Part shown: positions 21,506 to 34,800 of the stretch, piece by piece
Numbering within the stretch: the stretch's first letter is position 1
How the letters are laid out: every line of letters starts with the position of its first letter
NCBI RefSeq assembly: GCF_001194135.2
Contig: NC_068988.1
Span: forward strand, 16,597,868 to 16,633,449
Origin: Octopus bimaculoides
Taxonomy: Eukaryota
DNA length: 35,582 bases
Direction of reading: 5' to 3'
Made by a program: the position numbers and the translations under genes
The notes under the pieces: model-generated
What the model was told of the DNA's origin: nothing
Database searches by the model: none
Seen by the model: only the letters and a program-made list of their open reading frames with translations

Positions 21506-24500
21506 TCGAACAAAGAGACAACATACGGAAAATATCCCCCGATTGTTGAAAGCTCATGTACTTGGATTAAGTTTCCCTTTACCTTGATTTTTACCTTGTG
21601 TGTATGAATAGAATCTTGGCAGCAATGTTTGTCTCACACGATTTCATATTTGTCGCGCATCGAACTGTACTACATATTCCATTTTATAGTTATTGTTGAC
21701 AGCAATTTATATTCACGACATATATTTCCTCACATTATACGTCAGTCTTTTTTTAACGTCCCCCATTGTATACTTATCATAAAATTTCTTCATTCACATT
21801 ATTGACCATAAAAGAATTACATTGGATTGCAGATGAAGGCTGCTATGATTTTCGCTATCAAATATACCAAATTTTACGGCTCTTCATTGAATAACAACAA
21901 TATTACACCGAACATAATACATTAAGTTCCGGATTTTACATTTTGCTTTAACCTTTTCATACACAAAGTATCTTCTTCTTCATCGTTTTCTATAATATTC
22001 GCTATCATTCTTGAATTCTTCATAATTATACGCTTCATGCCTAAACTTCATCTATGCTCGTTCCGATAACAATATCAATCTGTACAATGATAGCTTTTGT
22101 TCATAGATAATACGGCATATATTAATGATAAATTTCATTGCTATAACTTCAACACAGCAACAAAGAGATTAAATATGAGATTGGATCTTTTATTTTCAGT
22201 GAAGAGTATAACATCATCCATGAATTAGACATGCTTGAGCGCAGAAAGATCCTTTCTAGGCATACACTGAATTCTGCATTCATTTAAAGATATTCATCAA
22301 AGCAATACGGATAAGACGTTCAGACAATGAGTTCCTCCTGTACATTATTCTTTGAGCTACTTCAGACTAAATATTCTTGCAATAACCATATGATTGGAAT
22401 ATGGAAAGCATAATAATTCGCCATCTTTACATATGTTATTAAATCTGTTTAATAAATTATATGTAGAAAATGTACTCCATGTCGCCACGGTGAAAGAACG
22501 AAATCCATATCAAATAAAGGTTGAAGTCAATCCAAGTCATAGACATAGTTATCGTCTGTCGCTAATTTGCAATAGCTTTGTGAATTGAAAGTTAAGTTAG
22601 CGTTTTCTTCCTCTATCTCTGTTCTTGCCTCCTCGTTTCTGGTCAGCAGATACGGTGTTATTTTAATGGATAAAAAACAAATAGAAGAGGAAACTGAAAC
22701 CTTAATTACTATACATTTACATTCTCTATAGATATGATATTGATTGCTAATTTCGAAATATAGGATAATCTATCCACACCCTTCATTAGTGTTGGGGTGA
22801 AATCTTTCTACCATCAATTCTGTGTGTCATAAGATCAGACCTTTAAAATTTAAATCTACTTTGACAGTATTGTCTCATTCTGACTAAGATCGTATAATTG
22901 GTTATACTCACATTTTCTTTTGGCGGACCTTATTATGTCTCAGTTATTGCTAGTTTTCATAACACTTCTCTCTGGTTACAGCAGAATCCTTTAGCTTCGA
23001 TATGATTTAGGCTAATTGTTTTCAACCATCTAAACGTCTTTTTGACTGTGGTTTCTGTATTTGATTGTTTTGAAAGTTATTTGAGGATTATTGCTTATAT
23101 TTCTTAATTTTTCATTTATAATAATCCAGTTTGATCAATTTGGAATTGACTAATTTCCTTCGTTTGGACTGTACTTTTATTACATCACCATAGAGTGATA
23201 ATGTGTTCCAAAATATTACATGGCTATAGAGTATAGCTTGGTCAGTGGGACAGCGCGTCATGGTGTTTCATTTCTTTTCCGACTCTAGACAAACGCGAGA
23301 GTTTTCTTACGCATTGTCTGTAAATTCGGCACACCAACATAATCCTCTCGTGTATATTTAACCACCATCCTAAATTAGTGTTTTTGAACATTGTTTAAGT
23401 GGTTGGTATGGTAAGCTCTCTGATAATTTTCAGTTAAACTTCCTGTTTGAAATTAAATACGACATTACACAGTATTCATTTTAAGGCCCTTGACTATTTC
23501 TGGATTTATATTTTGTCTCAAACTGAACGGGTGCAATATGGTTATGGTTTTATTTGTCATTCATCGTGACTATAATCACAGAAAGTCTTTCTTGAATGTT
23601 GTTTATATTTGTAAAATTCCAACTACAGTTGTAAAGTATTCTTTATAATATTTTGAATTAGATATAATTCTTCGTTTCTTCCAACATATTCTTTCAATTA
23701 TTAATGCCACATGTATTTTCCTTCTATGTTTAACAACTGGAGAACAGATTTAGTAAAAGGGAAAGAGAATATATCTTACCATGTTTTATGTCATACGTTT
23801 TATGTTCCGAGGTCAAATCATGCCAGTTTTCCATTTGCCATCATCTCATAAGTGTCGATAAATTAAATACTAATGAAATCCTGGATTTGCGTTACACGTT
23901 AACATTACAGACAATAAGAGTCCAATGACAGAAGTAGCTAAAATGAAAACCTAATTTAGATATATATTTGTCGAAGTTTGTATGGCATGACAACCACTTC
24001 AAGCTGTTTGCATGGATGTAATCGAGTATGTAGCATTGAAAGATGGAGAGAAGCAAACCGCATTGGTGACATTTGGAAGAGGTATAGGGTATTAGAAAGA
24101 TCAAATTAATTTAGATGAATGGGTACAAGAAACTTCAAGCCAAAGTAATAGGAGACCTTAGTTATTTTTATATCAACCTTGGGAAAAGACTCTCAGTTGT
24201 TTGTTAACACTCAGGTATATATTACAACATACTTATTATATCAATATTGCTTCCAAATATTTACACATGAAATATATTCCTTGAATTCACATACATAGAT
24301 ATAATTCATGTTTAGAAACATCGCACTGAGTGTGTGCGTGTGTGAACGCGCATATGATTCAACGCAATGCTCCACCAAGCATGAGTAAAGATTTCGTATT
24401 CATACTGTGTTTAACTGAGCTTAGCAAAACTTCGAGATGATTTCAAAGTAAGTTGAAGACATCAATTGAGTTAGAATTATAATTGTTGCAATGAACTAGA

Positions 24501-24667
24501 AACTAAGTGATGTATTAGATATGTCGAAAGAATTCTTCCATTTTACTAGCTTGGTACACAAAGGACAAGAAAACGTATCCGTTTAATACTCGCACTAAAA
24601 TAATAGACACATCATTTTACGACAAACATATATTTATATCTGTATCCTTGTATGTATCTATGCATGC

Positions 24668-24842
24668 GTTTATCTATCTATCCATCCATCCATCCATCCA
24701 TCCATCCTTCTATCTATCTACCTATCTGTCTGCCTGTTTGTCTATCTATCTAATTGGCCGACCGTCTGCCTGTTTATCTATCTATATACCTATCATTCTA
24801 TTTATCTATCCATCTAGCCATCCATTCATCTATCTACCTATA
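24668..24842. repeat. Degenerate (TCTA)n/(TCCA)n tetranucleotide array
   Basis: Direct reading. Confidence 0.9.
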
Positions 24843-24943
24843 TAATGAATCTTCTTGTGTGTACAAATAGTCACGCGCAACAGCCATTCAAACTAAGGAA
24901 TTGTGTACTGGAACATTCCCCTAATGAAACAAGACACCTTTAA

Positions 24944-25822
<879 letters not shown>

Positions 25823-26156
25823 TACATATATTCGCAAATATGAAAATCAATCATTATTCCTATTATCCGTAAAATAGTTGCACCACATACGTTAGAATTA
25901 TACGTACAAAACAATACTTCTTCTATGGCATATAAATAGCAGCTAAAAGTAATGTAGCTATTTCATTATTGAATATGCATGTAAATTCTGTACTTATCTA
26001 TTGGCTAAGCGTGGGTGGCGTGGGTCTATTTTTTAATAGTAAACATCCAGAAGAATATATATATATATATATATATGTGTGTGTTTGTGTTTGTTGTGCG
26101 TATGTATGTAGTAAATGTATGTATGTGTATCAACACGCTCTACTCAATTACGCTTT

Positions 26157-26250
26157 TTTGTTATTGCGAACATGAAAATGTACAATAAAGATGAACGCCA
26201 GCCACTACAAGAAATGCAGGCCTGTGTTTTTATATATAATATGTATGTAG

Positions 26251-26296
<46 letters not shown>

Positions 26297-26661
26297 NNNN
26301 NNNNNNNNNNNNNNNNNNNNNNNNNNNNNNNNNNNNNNNNNNNNNNNNNNNNNNNNNNNNNNNNNNNNNNNNNNNNNNNNNNNNNNNNNNNNNNNNNNNN
26401 NNNNNNNNNNNNNNNNNNNNNNNNNNNNNNNNNNNNNNNNNNNNNNNNNNNNNNNNNNNNNNNNNNNNNNNNNNNNNNNNNNNNNNNNNNNNNNNNNNNN
26501 NNNNNNNNNNNNNNNNNNNNNNNNNNNNNNNNNNNNNNNNNNNNNNNNNNNNNNNNNNNNNNNNNNNNNNNNNNTTTGTTATTGCGAACATGAAAATGTA
26601 CAATAAAGATGAACGCCAGCCACTACAAGAAATGCAGGCCTGTGTTTTTATATATAATATG
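26157..26661 (+). repeat. 87-bp identical direct duplication flanking a gap (26157-26243 = 26575-26661)
   Basis: TTTGTTATTGCGAACATG...TATATAATATG occurs twice with no differences seen. Confidence 0.9.
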
Positions 26662-26840
26662 AATAAACACGATTGCACATCTTCTATATGAAGAAGTAAT
26701 TATTGTAGAATTCATTCTTCTTTCAGCTACAGTAATTCTATAAAAATATGGATGCCTACTATTTCATGTTCAATGCCTCTGTCAGTTGAATTAATCAATA
26801 TTTCTATGTATTTTGAATTCTATATATACGTGTACATATA

Positions 26841-27239
26841 CCGGGATCGATGGGTAAATCGTCTCCATTTCATATTTTTAATTTCGCACATGCGCTTTGT
26901 TTGTTTTTGATTTTGTCGACTACTCAATATAATAGAGTCAGTTGGGCACGGTCTGTGAAATAAAATGCTCCATGATGCAATTCACTCTGCCAGAAACTTG
27001 GAGACGACATGCTGTACTGTCTGGCATTCACGCCCGAAGTTCCAATACGAACATTTCGGAGTGTTTTGGGTGTCAATCTGAAAACAGTGCAGAGGGTTCG
27101 GAAAAAGTTGGATGAGTTTAATGGAGATTATGAATGTACGGCAGCTCGGAAAGCTCACTCTGATCGTTCTGATAAGAAAAGAACTGCTGAATTTGTTGGT
27201 GAGATCCAGACCACGATTGACAACAATCTCTCCAATTCA
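26841..27239 (+). pseudogene. IS630/Tc1/mariner-superfamily transposon 5' fragment (HTH region only)
   Basis: Starts after a TA. ATG at 26972 gives MMQFTLPETWRRHAVLSGIHARSSNTNISE, a frameshift at ~27065, then LGVNLKTVQRVRKKLDE...AARKAHSDRSDKKRTAEFVGEIQTTIDNN (paired HTH-like). Truncated at ~27239. Confidence 0.75.
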
Positions 27240-28225
27240 GTTTTTGGTAGGTCTTGACAGATACGCTTATATCGATTGGGATAGTTGTATCAATGAGAAG
27301 GCATGATTTTTGTCTGAAGTCTTTCAGTATGATGTCTGGCCTATTTGCATCTATCTTTCTGTCAGTTTGAATGGTGAAGTTCCAGAGGAGTGCGATGTGA
27401 TCATTTTCAAGTACTGGGGGTGGTTTGTGTTCCCACCAGATTTTATCATGGAGCAAGTCCAGGTTTTTGCATATTACCCAGTGAATATATTGTGCAGCTC
27501 TATTATGCCTGTTGAGATATTCTGTAGGCGCAAGCAGACTGCACATGGAGACAACATGATCGATGGTCTCATTTTGTGGTTGGCATATTCGACATAATGG
27601 GGAGCTGCCATTCTTTAATATATTGGCCTGGTAGTTNNNNNNNNNNNNNNNNNNNNNNNNNNNNNNNNNNNNNNNNNNNNNNNNNNNNNNNNNNNNNNNN
27701 NNNNNNNNNNNNNNNNNNNNNNNNNNNNNNNNNNNNNNNNNNNNNNNNNNNNNNNNNNNNNNNNNNNNNNNNNNNNNNNNNNNNNNNNNNNNNNNNNNNN
27801 NNNNNNNNNNNNNNNNNNNNNNNNNNNNNNNNNNGATCCTGTTTCTTGCGTTCAACTCTGTCTTCAGTATTGCTCTCACCCTGCGATAACATTCTCTTCT
27901 GATCCTTTCCCTCATCACTGAATGCTTGATATTGTCCCCTTCAATTACCCCTAGGTATTTGTAGCTCCCCGCTGGTTCTAACTCTTTTATGACATTTTGC
28001 TGGTCAAGGTTCACATTAGATGTTTTTGTCATTTTTCCTTTGATAAAGGTAGCTTTTGCACATTTATCAAGGTCATATTGCATCCTGATGTCAACACTGA
28101 ATTGTTTAACAATCGCTAGTAGGCCTTTGAGCTGTTGGTCATATTTTGCAAAGAGCTTTAAATCATCCATGTAAATGAGATGATTTATATATCAAACATT
28201 TTATACCCGTATTGTACATTGACAC
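27237..28225 (-). mobile_element. Non-LTR retrotransposon fragment, RT C-terminus + CCHC + restriction-like endonuclease (R4/Dong-like clade)
   Basis: INHLIYMDDLKLFAK (YMDD), DKCA, SYKYLGV; CRIC..ETIDHVVSMC zinc motif; RHN; LLWNFTIQTDRKIDANRPDIIL..CLLID (PD..D nuclease). Truncated at the 5' end just upstream of YMDD and at the 3' end before the KxxKY motif; spans an assembly gap. Confidence 0.92.
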
Positions 28226-28275
28226 TTCACCTTTTTCATTTATTATAGCCAGGCTATTTAGTACTTAAGATGATT

Positions 28276-28458
28276 AATACGGCGAACTGGCAGGATCGTT
28301 AGCACACCGAGTGAAATGCATAGTGGTATTTCGTCGGTTGCTACGTTCTGAGTTCGAATACCACCGAGGTTGACTTTGATTTTACTATTTCGGGGTTGAT
28401 AAATTAAGTACCAATGAAACACAAGGGTCAATGTAATCAACTTGTGCCTGTGGTAGAA
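28276..28458 (+). mobile_element. SINE family B
   Basis: GGCGAACTGGCAGGATCGTTAGCACACCG...GTTCTGAGTTCGAATACC...GGGGTTGATAAATTAAGTACCA...GGGTCAATGTAATCAACT. Confidence 0.85.
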
Positions 28459-29090
28459 AGCGTTTTGTCGGATTACGTATGAATGTTTAATCCAAAATAC
28501 ATATCAACACAAGGAGGTGAAATTTTCTGAGACTAGCTCTTGCATGTGCTCACATTGCATTAATCTCAAGTACGCATTGTGCACACAGCATCACATTCAG
28601 CATTTCACATTTGGCTGACTACTTAAACATTTCATTCAGCATAGTATTTTAAGTTGAATATCAAATCAATTGTATAATGGAACAACATGTCGAACTGTTA
28701 TGCCAATACTGAACATAAGCTTAAATTTTGCTTTAGGATCGCTTAGGAAAACAAATGACGGTAAAATATATCACAGAGCTTTAAGTTCAAGATTGTTCAT
28801 TTCAGAGAAGTACAGAATAAGAACAGGAAAACGGTTAAAATAATGTTGCTAAGAATCAAGGGAGGGTAATAAAATTCTCTTCCTTCCGGGCTAGTAATTA
28901 CTTTTGTATGTTTACAAAGTAATGTTCAATTTCTCCTGTGTTATGCAGTATGCACTCTTTCTTTTGTCTGTGTTTTTACTATTGCTTTCTACTTTTTCTT
29001 TGTGCAAAGCTAACGTTATGTAAAATTCGCATTGCTGTTCCTTAGAATATTTTACACTGCTTTTGCTGCACGAAAATACGCACACATAAA

Positions 29091-29331
29091 TATGTGGCTT
29101 AGTGGTTAGGATGTCAGCATCATGATCGTAAGATTGTGGTTTCGATTCCTCGACCGGGCGACGCGTTGTGTTCTTGAGCAAAACACTTCATTTCACGTTG
29201 CTCCAGTCCACTCAGCTGGCACAAACTAGTAACTCTGCGATGGACTGGCGTCCCGTCCAGCTGGGGAACACATACGCCATTGAAACCGGGAAACCGGGCT
29301 ATGAACCTGGCTAGGCTTTAAATGGTCGCAT

Positions 29332-29335
<4 letters not shown>
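29091..29335 (+). mobile_element. tRNA-derived SINE, family A, second copy
   Basis: A-box TGGCTTAGTGG, B-box GGTTTCGATTCC, colinear with 61-312, ending in (ATT)n(TA)n. Confidence 0.88.
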
Positions 29336-29362
<27 letters not shown>

Positions 29363-29759
29363 TATNNNNNNNNNNNNNNNNNNNNNNNNNNNNNNNNNNN
29401 NNNNNNNNNNNNNNNNNNNNNNNNNNNNNNNNNNNNNNNNNNNNNNNNNNNNNNNNNNNNNNNNNNNNNNNNNNNNNNNNNNNNNNNNNNNNNNNNNNNN
29501 NNNNNNNNNNNNNNNNNNNNNNNNNNNNNNNNNNNNNNNNNNNNNNNNNNNNNNNNNNNNNNNNNNNNNNNNNNNNNNNNNNNNNNNNNNNNNNNNNNNN
29601 NNNNNNNNNNNNNNNNNNNNNNNNNNNNNNNNNNNNNNNNNNNNNNNNNNNNNNNNNNNNNNNNNNNNNNNNNNNNNNNNNNNNNNNNNNNNNNNNNNNN
29701 NNNNNNNNNNNNNNNNNNNNNNNNNNNNNNNNNNNNNNNNNNNNNNNNNNNNNNNNNNN

Positions 29760-29852
29760 ATATGTATACATATATATATGTATATGCATATTTATAAATA
29801 TGTATATGTATACATATATATATGTATATGTATATTTATAAATATGTATATG

Positions 29853-29903
<51 letters not shown>

Positions 29904-30126
29904 ATATATNNNNNNNNNNTATATATATATATATATATATATATGTGTATATATGTATATGTATATATATATATATGTATATGTATATATATATATGTAT
30001 ATGTATATATATATGTATATATCTATATCTATATGTATATATAGATATATGCATACATATATACATATATATGTACATATATGCGTGTATATATATATAG
30101 ATATACATACATACACATATATATAT
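29760..30126. repeat. Degenerate (TA)n/(TATATG)n array
   Basis: Direct reading. Confidence 0.95.
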
Positions 30127-30130
30127 ATTG

Positions 30131-31572
30131 ATTGTGCCGAAACCCGGGAATGGGAGGAGTGGAGCTATTGATAAGGATAGACTGGGAAGGGCTGTTACTG
30201 GTTTTGGTTTATTTTACTGGTCAAATCGTGTATTGGAAATTTTATATTGAATTGCGTGTGAAGTTTTTGTAAAAGGCTTGCCTTATATAATTTGTATTAA
30301 ACTATTGTGGGTTGTCCCCGTGTGGGGAAAAACCAACCGTGGCAAGTGAAATTTAAGAAGAAGAAATGGAAAGAATCGTCGGTATTGAACTCGACGAATC
30401 CCATGAACAAATCGGATTTAGAACAAGAGGTCTAGTTACACGAAGAAACATTGATGTACTAACTTTAAAAAAAAGAAGAACCTACCATGAATTTTGCCGT
30501 GGCTGTCGGTGGCAAAACGAAAAAAAATAGCTTGGAGAACCTTGATAAACACACGCAATTACTATCGCGGGACGGATATGAAACCACGGTGAAAACCCCG
30601 ATAGAAATAGTAGAAAAAGAGGAAAGAAAAACGATAATTTTCAAAACCTGGAGTGTATAACAGAAGAGACTGGAATATACAACAGAAGGTGTAATTGAAA
30701 AATACCTAAACCAATTTGGTCGTCCATAAAATACGTAACAAGAGGGGGAAAATATGCAACTATCGAGGTGAGATTGGAGACGGTGGAATTATTGGAAAAA
30801 TTATTGGAGGGCCTTATTTCAACTCTGATACCACAAGCCCCGGCGAGAGTGGAAGAGGTTGCGGTTTCCACGCCGCCAGACACCGATTAAGGTAGGACAT
30901 TTATGGTTATTCGTATTAGTTGTGTAAATGTACGCGGCCTGTCGTCGAGTTGGAAGCATGGGCGCTTCCTAAATGACATCAGGTCGCGGAATTTGGATGT
31001 GATTGCTGCCACAGAAACCCGGATAAGTAGGCCAAGAGATCTGCTCCTCCTCTGGAGCGGTTACGAGAGATACGTCTCTCCATGTCGGCCGGGAGGTGGG
31101 GTGGGTTGTTGGTCTTAATAAAAAGAGACCGGGTTCCTGAGGAAAAGTCTGTTTTTATTGATGCAGAAGGCAAGCTGGTCGTCCTGAATTTGACATTGTT
31201 GTGGTAAGACAGTCAGATTGGTTGCAATTTATGCACCCAATTCAACTGGTTTACAGAGTCACTATTTCCGTGACTTCGGGAAATTCCTTTCTACGTCGCA
31301 GTCTTTAGTCGTGTTAGGTGACTTCAACACAATTGACAATGCGCGTGTTGATTGTGTCAGCTCGTGGAAAGACAGAACAGCGAATCCTGGCTTTCGAGAA
31401 CTGCTCAGTCAATTTCAGCTGGTAGACCGGTATAGACTGGAACGCCCAAACGCTCCACTGTGGACGTGGTCAAGTAGCGATGGGTCTTCCAGGTCATATT
31501 TAGATAGGATAAGAAAAGTAGATAAAGTTATAGTTAAGTGTCCACAGTTTTACCCAGTCAGCTATAGTGACC
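30131..31572 (+). mobile_element. L1/Tx1-like LINE 5' fragment: decayed ORF1 plus APE endonuclease of ORF2
   Basis: ORF2 start at 30903: MVIRISCVNVRGL, DVIAATETR, GGGVG, RLVAIYAPN, LVVLGDFN, WTW, SYLDRI, YSDH (all APE motifs), with a frameshift at ~31105. Upstream ORF1-like pieces include EGVIEKYLNQFGRP and ATIEVRLETVELLEKLLEG (RRM-like). Homology stops right after SDH; no RT. The 5' boundary is uncertain. Confidence 0.88.
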
Positions 31573-33282
31573 ACTATATCGACTTATATTATATTATATT
31601 ATTATATTATATATTTGAAATTTTTTGTCCTTCCGTATTAATTTTAACTTTTTTAACTTCTATGAAATGATATTCACGTGTATTGTATTATAACTTTAAC
31701 TCAATTTTTTTCAGTTCCATGTTATCGGTTGAAACAACATATTCGTGTATAAAAATTTTATACTATATGCTATATTTTTAATTATTTATTATTTCTTCTT
31801 GCGTTATTTCTTCTTATTCCTTATGTTTGACGGATTATGCTGTATTTCTTATATATGTTCATTGAGGAGGGGTGATATGTTGAGTCGTTAACCCAGTGTT
31901 TTTATTCTATAACTAATATTTTACTCTTATCTCAATTATTCTGAGCACTTCTCCTTGCAGCCCTGTATAAAATCTATTGGTTTCCTTATNNNNNNNNNNN
32001 NNNNNNNNNNNNNNNNNNNNNNNNNNNNNNNNNNNNNNNNNNNNNNNNNNNNNNNNNNNNNNNNNNNNNNNNNNNATATATAAAAGATTTGATAACCTTT
32101 GTTTGAAACTTTTACACTTCAAAACTGTATTAATTCTCATACTTTCATATTTGTGTATGTGTGTAGTGTGAGTGCGGGCGTGTCTGCGTGTGTATTCGCG
32201 CACAGTGATGTATACATGTATCTTTATATATATCTATATATGAATTGCTATCTATATAATCATAGTGCATGCCACTGTTTTTTTTTTGTCAAACGACTTA
32301 TCAGCAACTAGCGGTTAAATGAAAAGACAAAATTAGTACTCGTGTAAGTGTCTTTTTAGACAATTAAATTTCACAAAGACAGATGATATATATATTCAAA
32401 CTTATTTGTATAGTCAATCATAAGAATTTATAATATCCGTTACTTATATACCGTCTGCTTTTCTGACATGTCACTCCGTCGGTGTTTTGCAGTGACGAGA
32501 TCAGAATCAGGAGATGAGATATTTTATTAGTTCATAATAAAATATCGTATTAAAGGAAAAGTCAATAGAACAGCTTTTATGAGTTTCTTACATCACTTAA
32601 ATTACTCTTCTACAATGTCTGTGAATGAGTGAGTGTGTGTGTTTGTATGTGTGCTTATGTGCAGATGCGCATGTCTCACTGCAGAGATTTTCCACATACA
32701 TAAGTTTGTTTCTCTTTTCATATACTTGCCGAACTTCATATGAAAATCTTTCTACTTTTGAGTCACTCCTGGTAATTCCATACATACGTACATACAGACA
32801 TATATACACATATGTGTCTGTGGATCTAAGCGTGTAAGTATACTCACACATATATGTATATCTGTATATATGTGCCTGTGTGTCCATATTTGTGTAAATG
32901 TACAAGTAAACAAAGGACCACTCTTTCTTTCGTTTTGCTTCCATTAGGTATTCACAATCGCACACGATCTCACACACCTTCATTGACGTGTATAAACTAC
33001 CTACACTTTATTTCAAATAATTTACCTCTGACATCAACCACCTTTTCCATTTGTCTTTTAACCTTTCTCCACCTGTCTCTCCCTCTCTTTTCAGTTTCTT
33101 TCATTGATTTCATATTCTTCTTTAATACAGAAGTCCGGACTCTAAGTAGCAGCTTTGGCTGCTATTTATGGCGCAGTAATATAGCTAATTCATTTACATT
33201 GACACATGAGGTCTAATTGATTTGGCTCATAGTTCCAGCATTTCCACTACAAATACTCTTAGGTGTTAGGTGAAATCCTAGG

Positions 33283-33285
<3 letters not shown>

Positions 33286-33333
<48 letters not shown>

Positions 33334-33347
33334 CATTATTATTATTC
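33286..33347. repeat. (ATT)n microsatellite
   Basis: Direct reading. Confidence 0.97.
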
Positions 33348-33721
33348 GTAATAATACTCTAATCTCAAACGGTTGCTATTAATATAGTAAGTGAATCACA
33401 GAGAAGCAATTTTCTTGCTTTTGTTTATTCGCGTGCCTTGATTTAGATTAGAAATAGCATCTCGAAGAAGATAATGAATAGGAAATAAACATTTTCCAAA
33501 TTATCATTCACAGTCAAGTTCCACTCCTTTTTGAATCACAAAGACTTTTTTTTTATACTTCTGTTGAAATTCAGCAAAAGGAACGCTTTTCATTTTCATT
33601 GTGGTCTCGTTTCCATTTCTATATAACGGTTTAAGAGTGAAATGTTGCAATTCTGTCAAAGGTGGAATTATATGATAATACTTTTATATTGAATTATGCG
33701 ATTTTATAATTCGTGAAATGA

Positions 33722-33932
33722 TTAAGCGGCGAGCTGACAGATCACGCTGAATAAAAAGAGTTAATGGCATTCCGTCCATTTTTACTTTCTGTCCGTTTTT
33801 TACGTTCCGCCGAGGTCAAATATTTCTTTTATCCTTTCGGCTGGATAAAATAAGTACCAGTTGAGCAGTGGAGTCGATAAAATTGACTTGCTAAAACAAT
33901 TGCTGGCCTTGTGCCAAAGGTTTACACCAAAA
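33722..33932 (+). mobile_element. SINE family B
   Basis: AAGCGGCGAGCTGACAGA...CCGCCGAGGTCAA...ATCCTTTCGGCTGGATAAAATAAGTACCAGTTGAGCAGTGGAGTCGAT...GGCCTTGTGCCAAA. Confidence 0.8.
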
Positions 33933-34039
33933 ACTTTTACGTTGAATCATGCGATTTTATCACTAGCGAAATTATAATGCAACTAGCTTACTGAACTGTC
34001 ACCAGGCCCGATAACAATATTTAGTAGGATTTTCTCCAT

Positions 34040-34165
34040 GTTTACGTTCTGAGTTCAAATTCCTTACAAGTTCGACTTTGAATTTCTTCCATTTGGGGCC
34101 GATATAATAAGTATGACTGAGGTCGATGTAATCAATTTTTCCCTCCATCATTTGAAAGCGATTTT
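34040..34165 (+). mobile_element. SINE family B fragment
   Basis: TTTACGTTCTGAGTTCAAATTCC...TTCGACTTTG...GGGGCCGATATAATAAGTA...GGTCGATGTAATCAA. Confidence 0.75.
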
Positions 34166-34555
34166 AGCGAAACGATTATGGGGCAGCATTCTTAGAAGTT
34201 CTTGCGCTGCACACAAAAGGACATAAAGCATTTCTTGCATTTTCTCCCATTCTGTTTTCAAAACTTGCTAATGTCAAATTTTCGCTTCCCTATTTTAAAA
34301 TGAAATTACCAGTCATCGATGCCATATTCAGCTTCATCATGCGGCCGCTACAATAGCTGGACTACACTAGTTGGCGATACTCATCACCTGTATACTCTGT
34401 TCGTTAGATTTCGTCGCAAAATCTTTACAAGACATGTCATCTCCAATCGCCAATAAAATATTACTGTATGGTATTATCTGCACAGATCGCTTAGAAAAGA
34501 AATGAAGGGGTTTGAAGACAGCGGCTTCTAATCTAAATTCTAAAGGTTTCTGACT

Positions 34556-34601
34556 GTCTATCTATCTATCTATCTATCTATCTATCCATCCATTCATTTC
34601 T

Positions 34602-34655
<54 letters not shown>

Positions 34656-34800
34656 GCACACAGTTATATATTCGTATATTTGGGATGTATACACACATAC
34701 ATAAATATAAATATGTAAACAGTCATATGTAAATAAAGTTATATATATATATATATGTGTGTGTGTATATATATTTGTGTTTGTGTGTCTATGCGTGTGC
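34556..34800. repeat. (TCTA)n, (TA)n and (TG)n compound repeats
   Basis: Direct reading. Confidence 0.9.

Noticed and set aside
23960-24115. Short open frames (MTTTSSCLHGCNRVCSIERW..., MDVIEYVALKDGEKQ...)
   Set aside because: Under 45 codons with weak splice signals and no recognisable motif.
31858-31900. TTGAGGAG-GGGT...ACCC as a degenerate hammerhead
   Set aside because: No GAAA after the stem and no stem I complement.
32461-32506. Small hairpin TCTGA..GTCACT/AGTGAC..TCAGA as a pre-miRNA
   Set aside because: Stem is too short and interrupted; expected by chance.
33168-33190. TAGCAGC-TTTG-GCTGCTA hairpin
   Set aside because: An isolated 7-bp stem with no context; chance level in 35 kb.
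34170-34360. About 60-codon open frame on + (RNDYGAAFLEVL...) after TTTTAG
   Set aside because: No recognisable homology, weak acceptor, and overlaps the edge of a SINE relic.
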